Of a DNA stretch of 64,000 bases, positions 13,096 to 26,388 are shown piece by piece; within the stretch, counting starts at the first letter, position 1; each line of letters begins with the position of its first letter. Made by a program: the position numbers and the translations under genes. Source of the stretch: Chiloscyllium plagiosum (Eukaryota); assembly GCF_004010195.1 (NCBI RefSeq), contig NC_057719.1, forward strand, positions 31,104,957-31,168,956. The letters run 5' to 3'. The notes below the pieces were generated by a model. The model did no database searches. It was given only the letters and a program-made list of their open reading frames with translations, and was not told where the DNA came from.

Positions 13096-13840
13096 CTTAA
13101 TTTACGCACCTTTGACGGCTGTTCTTTGATACCCTTTCCAAAAGCAAATTTCAACAATCTTAGGCTTCAAAGTTTCAATTGATCCACTGCCCTACAGCCT
13201 TTTGAGGAAGCAATTCAATATCATTATTACTCTATGTGTGAAAAGGTTGTTTCTAATTGCAGTCATAAATAGCCTGCTGCTAATTTTAGGATGATGTTCC
13301 CTTGATTCCATTCTCTTTTTCCACCCCAGCCTTTAAAGGAAATAGTTTCGTCCACCCAATCATTTGAATGATTTAAGTCAATCTAAGCACCTTGATTAGA
13401 TCAATCCAAAACTGACAAAATCAAAGCAAGGAACTCATTCTCTCAGCTGAGCCTTGAGGCCCTGATGTTCTGATATATACACACCCAGAACCAGACACAG
13501 AATAATACAGGGTCTGATATCAACTTTTTGGTACTAAAGCATTGCTTTCTAATCTTTCAGTTTTAACTTCCTTGAGATGAAGGCCAACATAAGGTTGGTT
13601 ACGGAGATCATATTTTAAAATTTACTTCCAAAAGTTCTTTTTAAAAATTCATTTTTAAACAGAATTTGATTGTAGTTGGCCTTGCACAAATGAGGATTCT
13701 AGTTTTATATGTGAAAATCTTTCCTTTCTCAGATCCTGTAAGGTACAAGAGAAACTTAATTAATTTGTCATTAAAATAGTGACAGTTGAATAAAGTTTGC
13801 GTTGTTCAATGTTAGAGTTTAGAAACAAAATTATTAATTT

Positions 13841-15340
13841 CAGGATTTGGAGGTGCTGGTGTTAAACTGCGTGGACAGTTAAAAATCACACAGCACCAGA
13901 TTATAGTCCAACAGATTTATTTGGAAGCACTAGCCTTCAAAGCGCTGTTTCTTCATCAGGTGGTTGTGGAGCAGAATTATAAGACATAATTAATAGCAAC
14001 AGGATTGCAGTGTCATGGAATGTAATATTAAACAAATTTAGCTTGAGTCTTTCATCTTTTAGAATGATCATGTCAGTTTCAGTTCCTTCATGTGTAAATC
14101 CCAGAACTTTTTTAAAGTTACTTTCTCAAGATAGCTTTAACAATAGGTGCCATCTCAGCTCAGATAATGCATTGAAGGTGTGAGGTTAAAGTCTGTCTCC
14201 CAATGTTAGGTTAGACTGATTTTATTTCTAAAGTGGGATTTGCAGAATCTTACATGGATTTATGCAATTTTTGAGCAAAATAAAATTTAATTCTCCAAGT
14301 ACAAATTCACCCCACAAACTTATATGTGTGTGCGAGCAGGGGAGACCGAGTGAGTGTGTGCTTGTGGGGTGTGAGTATCTGTGAGAGAGTGTGTATATAT
14401 GTGTGTGTGAGTGTAATGGGGTAGACGTCTGTGAGAGGGTGCGTGTGTGGGTGGTGTGTATGTAGTGAATGTATGTGTGAGTATATGAGAGAGAGGGTCT
14501 GCATGAGTGTGTGGGTCTGTAGGGGTGTGTGTGTGTGGGTCTGTAGGAGTGTGTGTGTGTGTGTGTAAGAGAGAGTGTATAGTGTAGTGGGGTCACCTGT
14601 GACTTGACATGAACCCAACATCCCGGTTGAGGCCATTCCCAAGGGTATCAAACTTGACTATCAGCCTCTGCTCGGCTACTTTGCATGGTTGCCTGTCCTG
14701 AAGTCCGCCTTGGAGCATGGTTACCTGAAGTTCCAAGGCCGGCTGTCCCGGACTGCTGACACCGTGCAAGAATCCCAGTCGGGGAACACTTCAGTGGTCC
14801 AGGACATTCATCCTCGCGGATATTCACACCCCCAAATACACACCCACATTCACACACTCACTCGGTCTCCCCTGCACGCACACACACGCCTATAAGTTTG
14901 TGGGGTGAATTTGTGCTTTCAGAACTACATTTTACTTTGCGTGAAAACTGTATAAATTCATGTAAAATTCTGTAAATCCCACTTTAGAAACAGAATCAGT
15001 CTGACCTAACATTGGGACACAGACAGACTTTAACCTCGCACCTTCCATGCATTATCTGAGCTGAGATGGGGCCTATTGTTCAAGCTACCTCGAGAGTGTA
15101 ACTTTAAAAAAGTTCTGGGATTTACATATAAAGGAACCGAAACTGACATTATCATTCTAAACAATGAAAGACTTAAGCTAAATTTGTTTAATATTACATT
15201 CCATGACATTACAATCCTGTTGCTATAAATTGTGTGTCTTACGATGCTGCTCCACAACCACCTGATGAAGGTGCAGCACTTTGAAGGCTAGTGCTTCCAA
15301 ATAAACCTGTTGGACCATAACCTGGTGCTGTGTGATTACT
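13841..15340. mobile_element. Penelope-like element with inverted (tail-to-tail) arrangement
   Basis: About 13882-14370 is the reverse complement of about 14826-15337, with a (CA/TG)-rich interior. Approximate TSD ta(a/g)tttcagga; degenerate hammerheads near 13930-13960 (-) and 15262 (+). Confidence 0.85.
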
Positions 15341-15966
15341 AGTTTCAGGATGATTAGTTGGAAATCTGTTTGTTGAAATTTTTATTTCACTTATTTAGTT
15401 TGTGTGAGGTGGAAGCAATTGTTACAATGTTATCTTTCAGACTATGGTTTTTGGTATTTTCAAGATAGAGATTTATGTGAAAACGTATGGAATGGTGATC
15501 AAAACTTATGCTCACAGGGAATGTTTTTAAGTAATCCTGTCATACTTTTAGGCAAGGCTACCAACTAACTACCTGATTTGAAGAAAATGATATTCAAATA
15601 CCAACTGACCTCCTGGTTATCTACTGTTCATCTGATTAAAACGAATGATCTTTAAAAAATAACTTTTGGAAGTAAATTTTAAAACATTTTGTGCAGGAGC
15701 TTTTAAAATTACAGGGTCTTTTGCAAGCATGATTTCTTAGCCAGGGAATGATGCTTTATTTAGGGGTGCTTTTTCTTTAGGTACTTTAAAAAAAGGTTCA
15801 ATTTCAGAAAAAAACATTTCTGTTGAATTAGGGATCCTCATTTGTAATTGTGGCAAATACAATGATTTAATCCAAAAAATTACAATCTTGCATTGAAAAA
15901 AAACAGATGAATGTTAATGGTATTGATAAGCACAAAAAATCATATTACTTTCCTTTTTATTATTAG

Positions 15967-16104
15967 GATTTGGAGAACCACTTCATTCTCAACCTTTAAG
16001 CAGGAGAGTACCTTTTGCCTCCTCCAGATTGTTAAATACACAAAGTCATAGTGTGGATTCTGACCTGCAATTTTTAGGAAATGGAAAGTTATCACAAGAC
16101 AAAG
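15967..16104 (+). CDS. TOGARAM1: TOGARAM1 internal exon (linker), phase 1-1, 138 nt
   Basis: ttag|GA...AAAG|gtatga. Translates (G)FGEPLHSQPLSRRVPFASSRLLNTQSHSVDSDLQFLGNGKLSQDK; the SDLQFLG motif matches vertebrate TOGARAM1 as recalled. Not in the ORF track. Confidence 0.85.
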
Positions 16105-16584
16105 GTATGAACTATTTATTCAATACTAATTAGCTTAAATTCCTTTAAACAGTTGTGATGCTATTACACTACCTTTAGTGTCTGACAAGCCAGTATCATT
16201 ACCAGACGTTAATATGATGTTATAAACCACAACAACTAAGTTTTTACCGCCTGCTGGACTGGGTGTGTATAATGACTTTTGTCCATATTCTGGTTTCTTA
16301 TTCTTGATAAAAATTCATGATTTAAGAAGCAATTAAATTCTAGATTGATTTTACTGTCTAATACTGAGGTAGTACCAAACTCTTTAATGTATTTTATGTT
16401 ACACTAAGAAGTCTGAAGAAGTTTAGCAATAAAGCTCAGTGAGCTATCAAGGGATTATATAGTTTTCAGTGTATTGTTTTGTTCCATTTCAGGTATAGTT
16501 CTATTTGCAAATAAGTATGCAAATGCATCATGATAGAAAAGGAAAGTAGCTAGTTTAAATTTAATTAGTAAAGAAATTAATAAA

Positions 16585-16830
16585 AAGGAAACACGCATTT
16601 ATATAGTGTCTTTCACTACCCTAGGAAATTCTAAATGCTTTACAGTCAATGGTATATTTTTGAAATGAACTCACTTGTGGGAAAGGTGTCAAGCAATTCG
16701 CTCATTGCACATTGTCACAAATAGCAAAGTGGTAACGACCAGCTAACTTATTTTTGTAATGCTGCCTGTAGGAGAAATATTGGCTTGGAGATTGGGGATA
16801 ATTTCCCTCCGCTTTTTGAAGTAATGCAGG
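16585..16830 (-). mobile_element. ancient Deu-domain SINE (SacSINE1/AmnSINE1-like)
   Basis: Reverse complement of the recalled Deu core and the ...ctatataaatgc tail. Related decayed copies near 5155-5250, 7370-7520, 39050-39335, 48110-48300 and 53620-53930. Confidence 0.55.
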
Positions 16831-16913
16831 AAATGAGGGTTAGGAAAGGAGATGTTTGCAATGGTTGGGGGAGAAGGCAAAGTAAGCAAATGCACGTATG
16901 TGGAGAAGGAAAG

Positions 16914-16996
16914 GAGGAAAGAAAAGAGGCACTGAAAATTGAGAGGTGAGGTGAGGAAAGAAAAGAGGCACTGAAAATTGAGAGGTGAGGTGAGGA
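16914..16996. repeat. 39-bp purine-rich tandem duplication (2 copies)
   Basis: gaaaagaggcactgaaaattgagaggtgaggtgaggaaa begins at 16921 and again at 16960. Confidence 0.9.
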
Positions 16997-17448
16997 GGCC
17001 TCACTGGGGGGAAGGGGCAGGAAAGGAGAAACATGCAAAATTTGGAGAGAGGAAAGGATAAAACCATGAGGGGGATTGGAAGGAATGGAGGAGACTGCAA
17101 ATAAGAGAGTTTTATACCTATCAGCAAAGGAATACTCAACTAACTGGAGACAGGAAAACCTAAAATTACTGAGGTCACAAATTCCTTGAAAATGCAAGTG
17201 TACTCACTAGTTAAAGCTCGCATAAGTCCAAGAGCTGTGGTCGAAAATGTGATGGAGGCTACTGTAATGAACACTGCTAATTGTTAAATTTAGATTTGAC
17301 ATGAGATTTAAGATGCAGTGAATAGGATATTTGCTGCCTGATTTAAAATGTTCCACTTCTATGCAAATACACTCAAAATGCATTAGCTGTGACCTTACCA
17401 GTCTGTGGAAAGTCAATTTATATTTGCGTAGGTATGTCTGTCAGTTAT

Positions 17449-20400
17449 TTAGAATCTCATACAGCAAGAAGGAGGCCATTTGACCCATTGTTTTTGCAGC
17501 TCCCAAAAGAGCTTGTACCACTCTCTAGGCCTATCTCTGTAGTCCTCTAAATTCATCATTGTCAAATCAAAATCCAGCTCTCCTTTGAAACCTTGTATGG
17601 AATCTACCTCCACCACTCTCCCAGGCAGCACACTCCAAATTCTAACAACTCTCTGATTAAAGAAGTTTCTCCTAATCTCAATCCTAGCTCTCTTGCTGAC
17701 TGTCTTGAAATTGTAAAGTCTAGTTACTGACATACCAACTAATGGATATCCTTCTTTGCCCTGTCAAAATTTTTCATAATTTGACATCTCAATAAAGTCA
17801 TGTCCTTTCTTCTTTACTTCAAGGAGAACGCCCAATTTCTCTAATCTTTCTTTTTATTTAAAGTCACTCATTAATGGTATCATTCTAGTAAATCTCCTTT
17901 GCACTCTCTCCAGGGCTTTAACATCCTTTCTTCAATAAGATACCTGAAACCGAATACAGTACTGCAAATATGGTCTGACCAATGACTTGTAGAGGTATAG
18001 CATCACTTCCTTAGCTTTTAGACTCTCTGTCTCTATTTATAAGCTCAAGGATCCTATAAGGGCTTCTTAACAACTGTTTAACTTGTCTGGACAGAGAATC
18101 ATGCACATCAATCCCGAGGTCCCTCTGTTCCTGCATTCCCCTCAAAGTTGTACTATTGAGCCTGTATTGTCTCTCTTACTTCTACCAAAATCTTTCATTT
18201 CTTCGCACTGAAATTTACTTGCCTGGTGTCTGCTCATTTGGTCAACTTGTCAATGTCTTTTTGAACGTGCTCAGAGTCATCTTCACATTCACTATTCTCC
18301 CTAGCTTAGTATCATTTGCAAATTTGCATCACCCATCTTCAAATAAACCCCCAAAAAATCAATCAACTCTTTTCCAATCTGAGAAATTCCCACCTATACC
18401 TGCCCTGTGTTCCCCCTTTTTTAGCCAGCTTCTAATCCATGCTACCAAGGACCCTTCAGTCCCAAACATTTCTCTTTTGCGAACCAAACTGCCATGTGGC
18501 ATAGTTTCAATTGTTTCCTGAAAGTCCAAATACACAACATCCATTGAAACACCCTCATCCAGCCTATGTCACCTTGTCAAAGAACTCAAATTTGTCAGAC
18601 ATGATCTGCTATTAACAAGACCATGTTGACTGACTAGTATAACTTATTTTTCTCCACCTTATCCTGTATTATGGCCTCCATCAATTTTCCCACTATTGCT
18701 TCAAGCTGACAGACCTGTAGTTTCCTGGGTAATCCTTTGGTCCTTTCTGAAATAGTGTTGACCCATTTGCAACCTCCAGTTCTCTGGGACAAATCCTGTG
18801 TTCAGGGGGGCCTGGAAAATTTCCATCAACAGCTCTGCAACATGCTCCCTTACATTTTCAGCAATCTATGATGCATCCCATCCTGGTCTGGTAACTTTGC
18901 TATTTGGAGTTCTGTCAGCCTTTTTGTCACTTCTTTATCTATCACTGCTCAGTTGCTCAATACCCATGTTTTCAAACAGGCCATTGTCATCATTTTCTAC
19001 TTTGGCAGTAACAAAAGCATTCATTTAGTACCTCTGCCATACCCTTTGCTTCAGTGAGCAGCTTACCCTGCTTATTCCTTATGGACACCACTCTATCCTT
19101 CACCAATCTTTCATTTTTAGCATGTTTAAAGAGCATTTTACTCAATTTTTTGTGCAGCCTGCCATTCTTTCTGTATGCTTAGCCTTCCTTATTCTAGCTT
19201 TAGTCCCTCTCCTGCATATGAGATGCTCTTCCTGATTTCATTGCTATTTTTATTCCAGTATGCTTCATATACCTCCTTTTCCTTCCTTATTTTTCTCATC
19301 AGTATTTTTAATCATCCAGGGTACTCTGGATTTGGATACTCTGTATTTATTTCTCATGGGTATATACCTAGCTTGTACTCTACACATCTCTCATTTGAAA
19401 TTCTTCCATTTTTCATCCACTGTTTTATCCACCAAAATTTATTTCAAATCAAATTTGCCCTTTTCCAGTCAGGAATCTTAATCATTGACCAATTTTTATC
19501 CTTTTCTAACTTCATACTGAACCTTATTATACTATGATCTCTATTTCCCATATGTTCCCCCATTCTGACATTCTCCACTTGGCCTACCTTATTTCCTAGG
19601 ACCACACCAAGCACAGTCCTGATTGGACTGGAAATATACTGTAAGTGAAAGTTCTCTTATACACATTACAGGGATTTCTTCTTTTCCATGCCCTACCTTC
19701 TACCTTCTTCCCAGCCTACTCAAAGATAATTGAAATCATCAACAATCACAACCCTACTTTACTTTCCAATTTCCATAATCTACCTCCAAAGGATCTCTTC
19801 TGTTTCGTCCCCACTATATCATAAATACTCAGCAAGGTCACTGCTGCAGTCCTGTTTATTACCTCTAACCATACAGATTCTGATTCATGAGCTGTTCAAA
19901 GGCAATGATATTATCTTTGAACAAGACTTCCTCCCTTTTTACCCCCCTCCCCGTTTCTACAAAAAGCATTATATCTATTGACCATCATTCTCTGTTTCCT
20001 ATCACTCAGCCAATTTTGTACTCATCTAGCTACTGACCATTTTAGAGCACAACCTATAATTTTCCTCAATGTATTATAAAAGCATTATCCAGCCCTTTTC
20101 TGGCTTGAGCCATGTTTCTGTCAATAACTACTATGTCAGATTCCCAAGAGCAATCTCTTCTCCTAGTTCCCCATTTTTATTTCATGATAATCTGTGCTTT
20201 ACATACGTCCAATTTAACTCTTCCCTTATCTCTTTCTTTCCCATTGAAAGGTGACGATTTCTTTGGTCACTGTCAACATGCAAGTCTTATCTCACTTTGA
20301 TTTCCCCCTTCCCCATTTTCTATTGCATGCCCTGTCTGATACTTAACAGGACTTGGCCCATTCATCAAATACCACCCCCCTCCCACCCCTCCACCTTACA

Positions 20401-20640
20401 GGTTTAAATTCACCCTCATCCTCTTAGTAGCAGATTAGTTCCATTTCGGCTCAGATAAAGCCCATCTCTTCTGAGCAGCTTTCTCCTTTCCCAAAAGGAA
20501 TTTTAATGTCCCAAAAATCTAAACCCCTCCCTTCTACATCATCCTCCATGCCAAGTATTTACCTCCCTGATCTGCTATTGCCTAAGTGCTACAGGTAGTA
20601 TTTCTGAGATTACTACCCTTGAGGTCATGTGTTTCAACCT
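17449..20640 (-). mobile_element. old, long CR1 LINE (ORF2 through ORF1 remnants)
   Basis: RRNFFNQRVVRIWSVLP (17449..17733) and MDVVYLDFQ...WIRSWL (18359..18544); decayed endonuclease and ORF1 sequence beyond. Confidence 0.8.
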
Positions 20641-20762
20641 ACTCCATAATTTCTGAAACTGATCCTGCAAGTCCTTTATGCTCTCTGTCCTTCTGTCATT
20701 GGTTCCCACATAAACCACAATCACTAGTTCTTAACAACAAATTCTGGATTGCAAAACCGGTC

Positions 20763-21102
20763 AGATTAGATTAGATTAGATTAGATTAGATTAGATTAGA
20801 TTACTTACAGTGTGGAAACAGGCCCTTCGGCCCAACAAGTCCACACCGACCCGCCGAAGCGTAACCCACCCATACCCCTTACATTTACCCCTTACCTAAC
20901 ACTACGGGCAATTTAGCATGGCCAATTCACCTGACCTGCACATCTTTGGACTGTGGGAGGAAACCGGAGCACCCGGAGGAAACCCACGCAGACACGGGGA
21001 GAACGTGCAAACTCCACACAGTCAGTCGCCTGAGGCGGGAATTGAACCCGGGTCTCTGGCGCTGCGAGGCAGCAGTGCTAACCACTGTAACACTGTGCCG
21101 CC
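20763..21102 (-). mobile_element. HE1-type tRNA-derived V-SINE with (AATCT)n tail
   Basis: Minus strand shows A box tggttagc, B box gggttcaattcc, V-domain core, CR1-derived tail and (ATTAG)n at 20763-20803. Confidence 0.9.
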
Positions 21103-21114
21103 CATGAATATCAT

Positions 21115-21345
21115 GCATGGAGAGAGAACAAGCTAACGTTTTGAGTTTAGATGATTCTTCATCAGAGCTCATTTGAAGAGTCATCTAGACTCGAAATGTT
21201 AGCTTCTATTCAGATTCCTGAAGAAGGGCCAATATCCGAAACGTCGATTCTACTGCTCCTTGGATGCTGCCTGACCTGCTGCGCTTTTCCAGCAACACAT
21301 TTTTCAGCTCTGATCTCCAGCATCTGCAGTCCTCACTTTTTCCCT
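21115..21345. mobile_element. cluster of short Penelope-derived hammerhead elements (inverted pair plus a + strand copy)
   Basis: 21131-21204 is a near-palindrome of two hammerhead motifs. 21214-21343 begins attcCTGAAGAagggccaatatccGAAACGTC and matches 44858-44983. Confidence 0.8.
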
Positions 21346-21379
21346 CTGTGGTAACAAACCCTCCCTTTGCAGAAATTCA

Positions 21380-22850
21380 GCCATTTTGTTATGTCTCAAA
21401 CCCTTGCACCCAGGATAACAAAGTTTTTTTTCTGTTGGGAGGGAGGAAAAGGTGCCAGAAGACTGGAGAATTGCAAACATAATGGCCTTGTTCAAGAAAG
21501 GTTGGAAGGATAATCCCAGCAATTACAGACCTGTTAGTTTACGAAACTTTGGTGGTGGTGGGAAGCTTGTGGGAACAATTATTCAGGAAAGAATCAGTAA
21601 TCACATGAAAAGGCTGAGTTGATTTGGAAGAATCAGCCTGGACTTCTAAGGGGTAATCATGTTTAACTAACTTCTTGTGATTTTTTGAAGAGGTAACATA
21701 AAGGATTTATGAGGCTAATGCAGTTGATGTGGTAGACATGGCTTTTCAGAACATGTTTGATATCATGCCAAACAACAGACTTTGAGGAAAGTTATAGGTC
21801 ATGCTATAAAAGGGACAGTAGCTACATTGATTCAAAATTGGCTGAGTGATAGGCAACAGAGAATAATGTCCAATGGATATTTTTTGGGCTGGAGAAGGGT
21901 TTGTATTGGGTTCAGGGTTCAGTTTTGTGACCGTGCTTTTCATGATGTTTATTAATGATCTTATTGTTCAGGGAACAATTTCAAAGTTTGCAGATGACAC
22001 TGAACTTGGAAGAATTATAAACTGTGAGGAGGACAGTGTGAAACTCTGAAAGGACAGTAAAAAGTTGGTGAAGTGGGCAGTTCAATGTAGAGATGCATTT
22101 TGACCAAAAGAACGTTGAAAGACAGTAGAAACTAGTGGGTATAATTCCAAGGGGATGCAGGAAAAGAGGACCCAATGTATATTTATGCAGATTATTGAAG
22201 ATGGTTGGATGGGAAGAGAGAGCAGTTAACAAAGTATATTAACTTTCAGCTTTAGTATTAGAGGCATTGAATAAAAGAGCAGGGAGGTGATGTTAAACTT
22301 TTACAAGACACTTGTTAGAGTGACAGCTGGAATATTGTGTATGGTTGTACATGCCACATTATTGGAAAGATGCGAATGCATTGGACAGAGTGTAGAAGTG
22401 ATTTACAAGAATGGTTCCAGGAATGAGAAACTTCAGTTACAAGAATGGGTTGAAGTTGAGACTGTACTGCTTAGAGAGAAGAAGACCGAGAGAAGATTTG
22501 ATAGGCACCTTCAAAATCATCAATAAGTTGCAAGAGTAGATAGGAAGAAGTTGTTTCACCTTCTAAAATATAAAAAAACAAAAACGAGGACATAGATTTG
22601 AAGTGATGTGTAAATGAAGCTAGGGTGATGTAAGAGAGAACTTTTTCAAACAGCGAGCAGTTAGCATATGGAATACACTGCTTGGAAATTCAGTGGAAGT
22701 ATTCAAAGAGCAATCGATGAATCATTTGGATAGAAATGGTGTGCAGGAAATTGGGGAAAAAGCAGGATATTGACCATAGGTAATGGGGTGCAGACATGAT
22801 GGGGTGAATGGTCTCATTCTGTGCCATAACAATTCTATGATTCTATGAAT
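21380..22850 (+). mobile_element. old CR1 LINE RT and 3' region
   Basis: Decayed PSNYRPVSL, KFADDT and YKTLVR motifs; (attctatg)n tail near 22830. Confidence 0.8.
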
Positions 22851-24021
22851 ACTGAACAATTGTGTCCAAAAGCAAAAACATGAGAAATAAGAATCACTTT
22901 GGCACATGGAAAAAAAAATCAAAATGGGGTTCAGAGTTCATGGTTTGAAATTATTGAACTCAATGTTGAGTGCAGAGGGTTGTAAAGTGCCTAATCAGTA
23001 CTTATGTAAAGTCTAGATTGTTGTGTTCAAGTCCTGGAGCAAAACCTGAACCCACAAACTCTGATTCTGAAGCAAGGTTGCCACCAGTTAAAACGTAGCT
23101 GACTGACCACCTAATAGTAAGATTGTCTTATTACATTGTAGCTTTGTGGCTTTGCTCCCTTCTTGCTCCATGCACAAAAATAAATCCAGTCTTCAAGTTA
23201 ACTTATGGTATCATTTGAGTTATTCATTTATCATCGGTTTTAATACTGAAAATTATGTATCAACTATTATTTGGAAAAGAAAGCTGCTGATTTTTATCTT
23301 TTAGCAACCTAAGTTCCTTCTAATTTCCCTTTACTGTGTCTGATCTGTTTTTTGGGCAGCTGTGATACACACTCCTCAAAAGCACTGCTTCTTGGGCATG
23401 ATTTGCTTGTCCCCCTGCATAGTCTGTTCAGAACTTTAAAATGCCTGAGTATCTACAAACTTTCAATAACTAATTCCCCTGACAGTTGAAACACCACTTG
23501 CCCTGCATGTGGCAAAGTCTGCAATTGTGCATTGGGCTTTATCAACTGTCTCAAAATTCAATGAACTGAATTAAACACAAGCCTTCCTTAATTCTGAGGG
23601 GCTGCCTCAGAAAAAGAAGTGAAGGCTGCTTGCGAGTATGTGTATCTATATATCTTAGTGAAACAGTAGCAGCAGACCAAATATATTAGTGTTACAAATT
23701 TCCTGTATTTCAACATTTATGCCAGCAACATCACCATTAAAGAATAAATAAACCAGCACAGCTTAGGAAATTGAAGATTTTGTCTCCTTGCTTCATTTAC
23801 CTCATGGAGTAGAGAAGAAACAAACTTCCTTTTGATAAAAATAACAAAATTAAGTTTCAAAAGGCATAATGTAAACCAGAAATATGGTATACATTAGAAA
23901 TGTGTGCATTTTATAAAACATGCAAGATCGAGTCTTAAATCTACTACCTTTCATTTTTTTTGTTATATCCCTTTTTAAATACAGTGGATATCTAAAAAAT
24001 TAACTGTTTTTCTTTCTTTAG

Positions 24022-24321
24022 CTGTTCGTGCTAGTTTGGCTCTTTCCAGCAAGAATCATGCCTTCTATAATCCCATTACTATCGATTCTGCACCATTTCC
24101 AACTTCCAGCTGCAGCCAAGGGCCTCACTATCTCCCATCATTTCCATTGCCAACTGCAGCAAGGCCAGTCAATGTCTCTGGAATTGATGGATCATCGAAG
24201 AAATTTCATGAACAAACTGTTAATTTTTCTAACTCGTGGCCTACTGAGCATTTTGAAGGAGTACCTAAACCTAGTTCCCGGCGGCTGACCGATCAGTTGT
24301 CTGAAGATTTGCTCATCTTTG
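24022..24321 (+). CDS. TOGARAM1: TOGARAM1 internal exon, phase 1-1, 300 nt
   Basis: Polypyrimidine tract then tttag|CT...TTTG|gtaaga. Encodes VRASLALSSK...LPSFP...VNFSNSWP...FEGVPKPS. Confidence 0.92.
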
Positions 24322-24473
24322 GTAAGAGAGCATTGAATGTTGACAAACATTGTTCATTTTAGTGTTTGTAGGAAATGTTAAAACATTAGCAATTTAAATT
24401 CTTTACTTTTTTACAACATCCCCAATGCCTGTAGAATCACAAAATTTTATAACAACAGATATGTTTCTTAGAG

Positions 24474-25200
24474 TTATAGAGTCATAGAGATGTACAGCAC
24501 GGAAACAGACCGTTTGGTCCAACTTGTCCATGCCGGCCAGATATCCCAACCCAATCTAGTCCCACCTGCCAGCACCTGGCCCATATCCCTCCAACCTTTC
24601 CTATTCATATACCCATCCAGATACCTTTTAAATGTTGCAATTGTACCAGCCTCCATCACTTCCTCTGGCAGCTCATTCCATACACATACCACCCTCGGCA
24701 TGAAAAAGTTGCCCCTGAGGTTCCTTTTTAAATCTTCCCCTCTCACGTTACCCCTATGCCCTCAAGTTCTGGACTCCCTCACCCCAGGGAAGATACTTTG
24801 TGTATTTATTCTATCCATGCTCCTCATGATTTCATAAACCTCTATAAGGTCACCCCTAAGTTTCCAACGCTCCAGAGAAAACAGCCCTAGCCTATTCAGC
24901 CTCTCCCTCTAGCTTAAATCCTCCAGCGCTGGCAACATCCTTGTAAATCTTTTCTGAACCTTTTCAAGTTTCACAACATCTTTCTAATAGGAAGGAGACC
25001 AAAATTGTACGCAATATTCCGACAGTGGCCTAACCAATGTCCTGCAACATGACCTTCCAATTCCAGTACTCAATGCTCTGACCAATAAAGGAAAGCATAC
25101 CAAACGCCTTCTTCGCCACCCTATCTACCTGTAACTCCACTTTCAAGGAGTTATGAACCTGCACTCCAAGTTTGTTCCGCAACACTCTCTCGGACCCCAT
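24474..25200 (-). mobile_element. CR1 (HER1-type) 3' fragment
   Basis: ORF 24474..24746; high similarity to the reverse complement of about 10950-11641. Confidence 0.92.
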
Positions 25201-25717
25201 CTGAAATGACTATTCATTTACTTTTTACTTTGGGCACTTCTATTGTTTAAGTATTTATCTACTTACTTTTTTTCCTTTTAAAATTGTTATTGATAATAAT
25301 ACTGATTCTCTAATTCAAATAAATTTTCCTGATTTATTGCATCATGTTGCGAGTGAGATGATATTTTACGCCATTGTACTTTCATCTTGTGCATTCCACC
25401 ATCTCAGTAAGATTAACCAAGTTGGCTATTTTTGTAAAAGCAAGATGAGTGGTTCTAAACATACTTAAAGCCTCTAAATATCTCTGTTATGGATTAATAT
25501 TTTCCCTGGCTTACTTACTAGTGGTTTTAGTCTCACATGATGATTATTTCAAGTATAATCGCCGGATTGTTATTCTTTTTATACATTTTGAAAACATTAA
25601 TTTTGTTAAATAGTATTTTTTATAACAGTGAAATAAAAGTACAGGCAAAAGTGATTTGAAAATTCAGTGCACAAAGTATGGCAGGACACAAATCCATAAG
25701 AGTGATCCCTCACACTA

Positions 25718-26388
25718 AGAAAAAGTGAAGACTGCAGATCTGAGAGTTAAGAGTCGAAAAGTGTGGCACTGGAAAAGCACAGCAGGTCAGACAACATCTG
25801 AAGAGCAGGAGAATTGACATTACAAACACAACCCCTTCATCAGGAATGTGGTGGGGTGGGGGCGACAGAATCTGAGAGATTAATAGGAGGGTGGGGATAG
25901 ACCTGGGGGAGGTAGCTGGGAAGGCAATAGGTGGATGCAGATGGGAGATGATTGCGATAGGTTAGTGGGGAGGGTGGAGTGGATAGGTGGGAGAGAAGAT
26001 GGACAGGTGAGACTGGTCAACAAGGCGGTGCCGAGTTGGAGGGTTGGATCTGGGATGAGGTAGGGGGAGGGGAGATAAGGAAACTGGTAAAGACGACATT
26101 GATGCTGTATGGTTAGTCCCAAGGCAGAAGATCAGGCATTCTTCCTCCAGTCATTGGGTGGCTTGGATTTGGTAGTGAAAGAGGCTCAGGACTTGCCTGT
26201 TCTTGGTGGAGTGGGAGGGGGAGTTGAAGTGGTTGATCACCCTCACCCTCCTATTGATCACTCAGCCCCCTTCTCCCCATCAACATTCCTAATGAAAAGC
26301 TTATGCCTGAAATGTCAACTTTCCTAGTCCTCGAATGCTGCTGCCTGACCTGCTGTGCTTTTCAAGCACCACACTTTTCGACTGGTTA
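25718..26388. mobile_element. Penelope-like element 3' part with inverted pLTR
   Basis: Minus-strand pLTR and GIY-YIG end (25718-26235), then a plus-strand pLTR with a degenerate hammerhead near 26287. TSD ctcacacta (25709-25717, 26389-26397). Confidence 0.85.

Noticed and set aside
14228..14651. Thr/His-rich ORFs
   Set aside because: Translation of the (CA)n-rich interior of a Penelope-like element.
15441..15540. Possible exon after tatctttcag
   Set aside because: No similarity to TOGARAM1 and no convincing in-phase donor.
16914..16996. Direct repeats that might suggest an array
   Set aside because: Only two adjacent copies with no spacers; a simple duplication. No CRISPR-like array was seen anywhere in the window.
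21030..21102. tRNA-like sequences here and near 37890, 49500, 62420 and 63050
   Set aside because: They are SINE heads with A/B boxes followed by SINE bodies, not complete cloverleaf tRNA genes.
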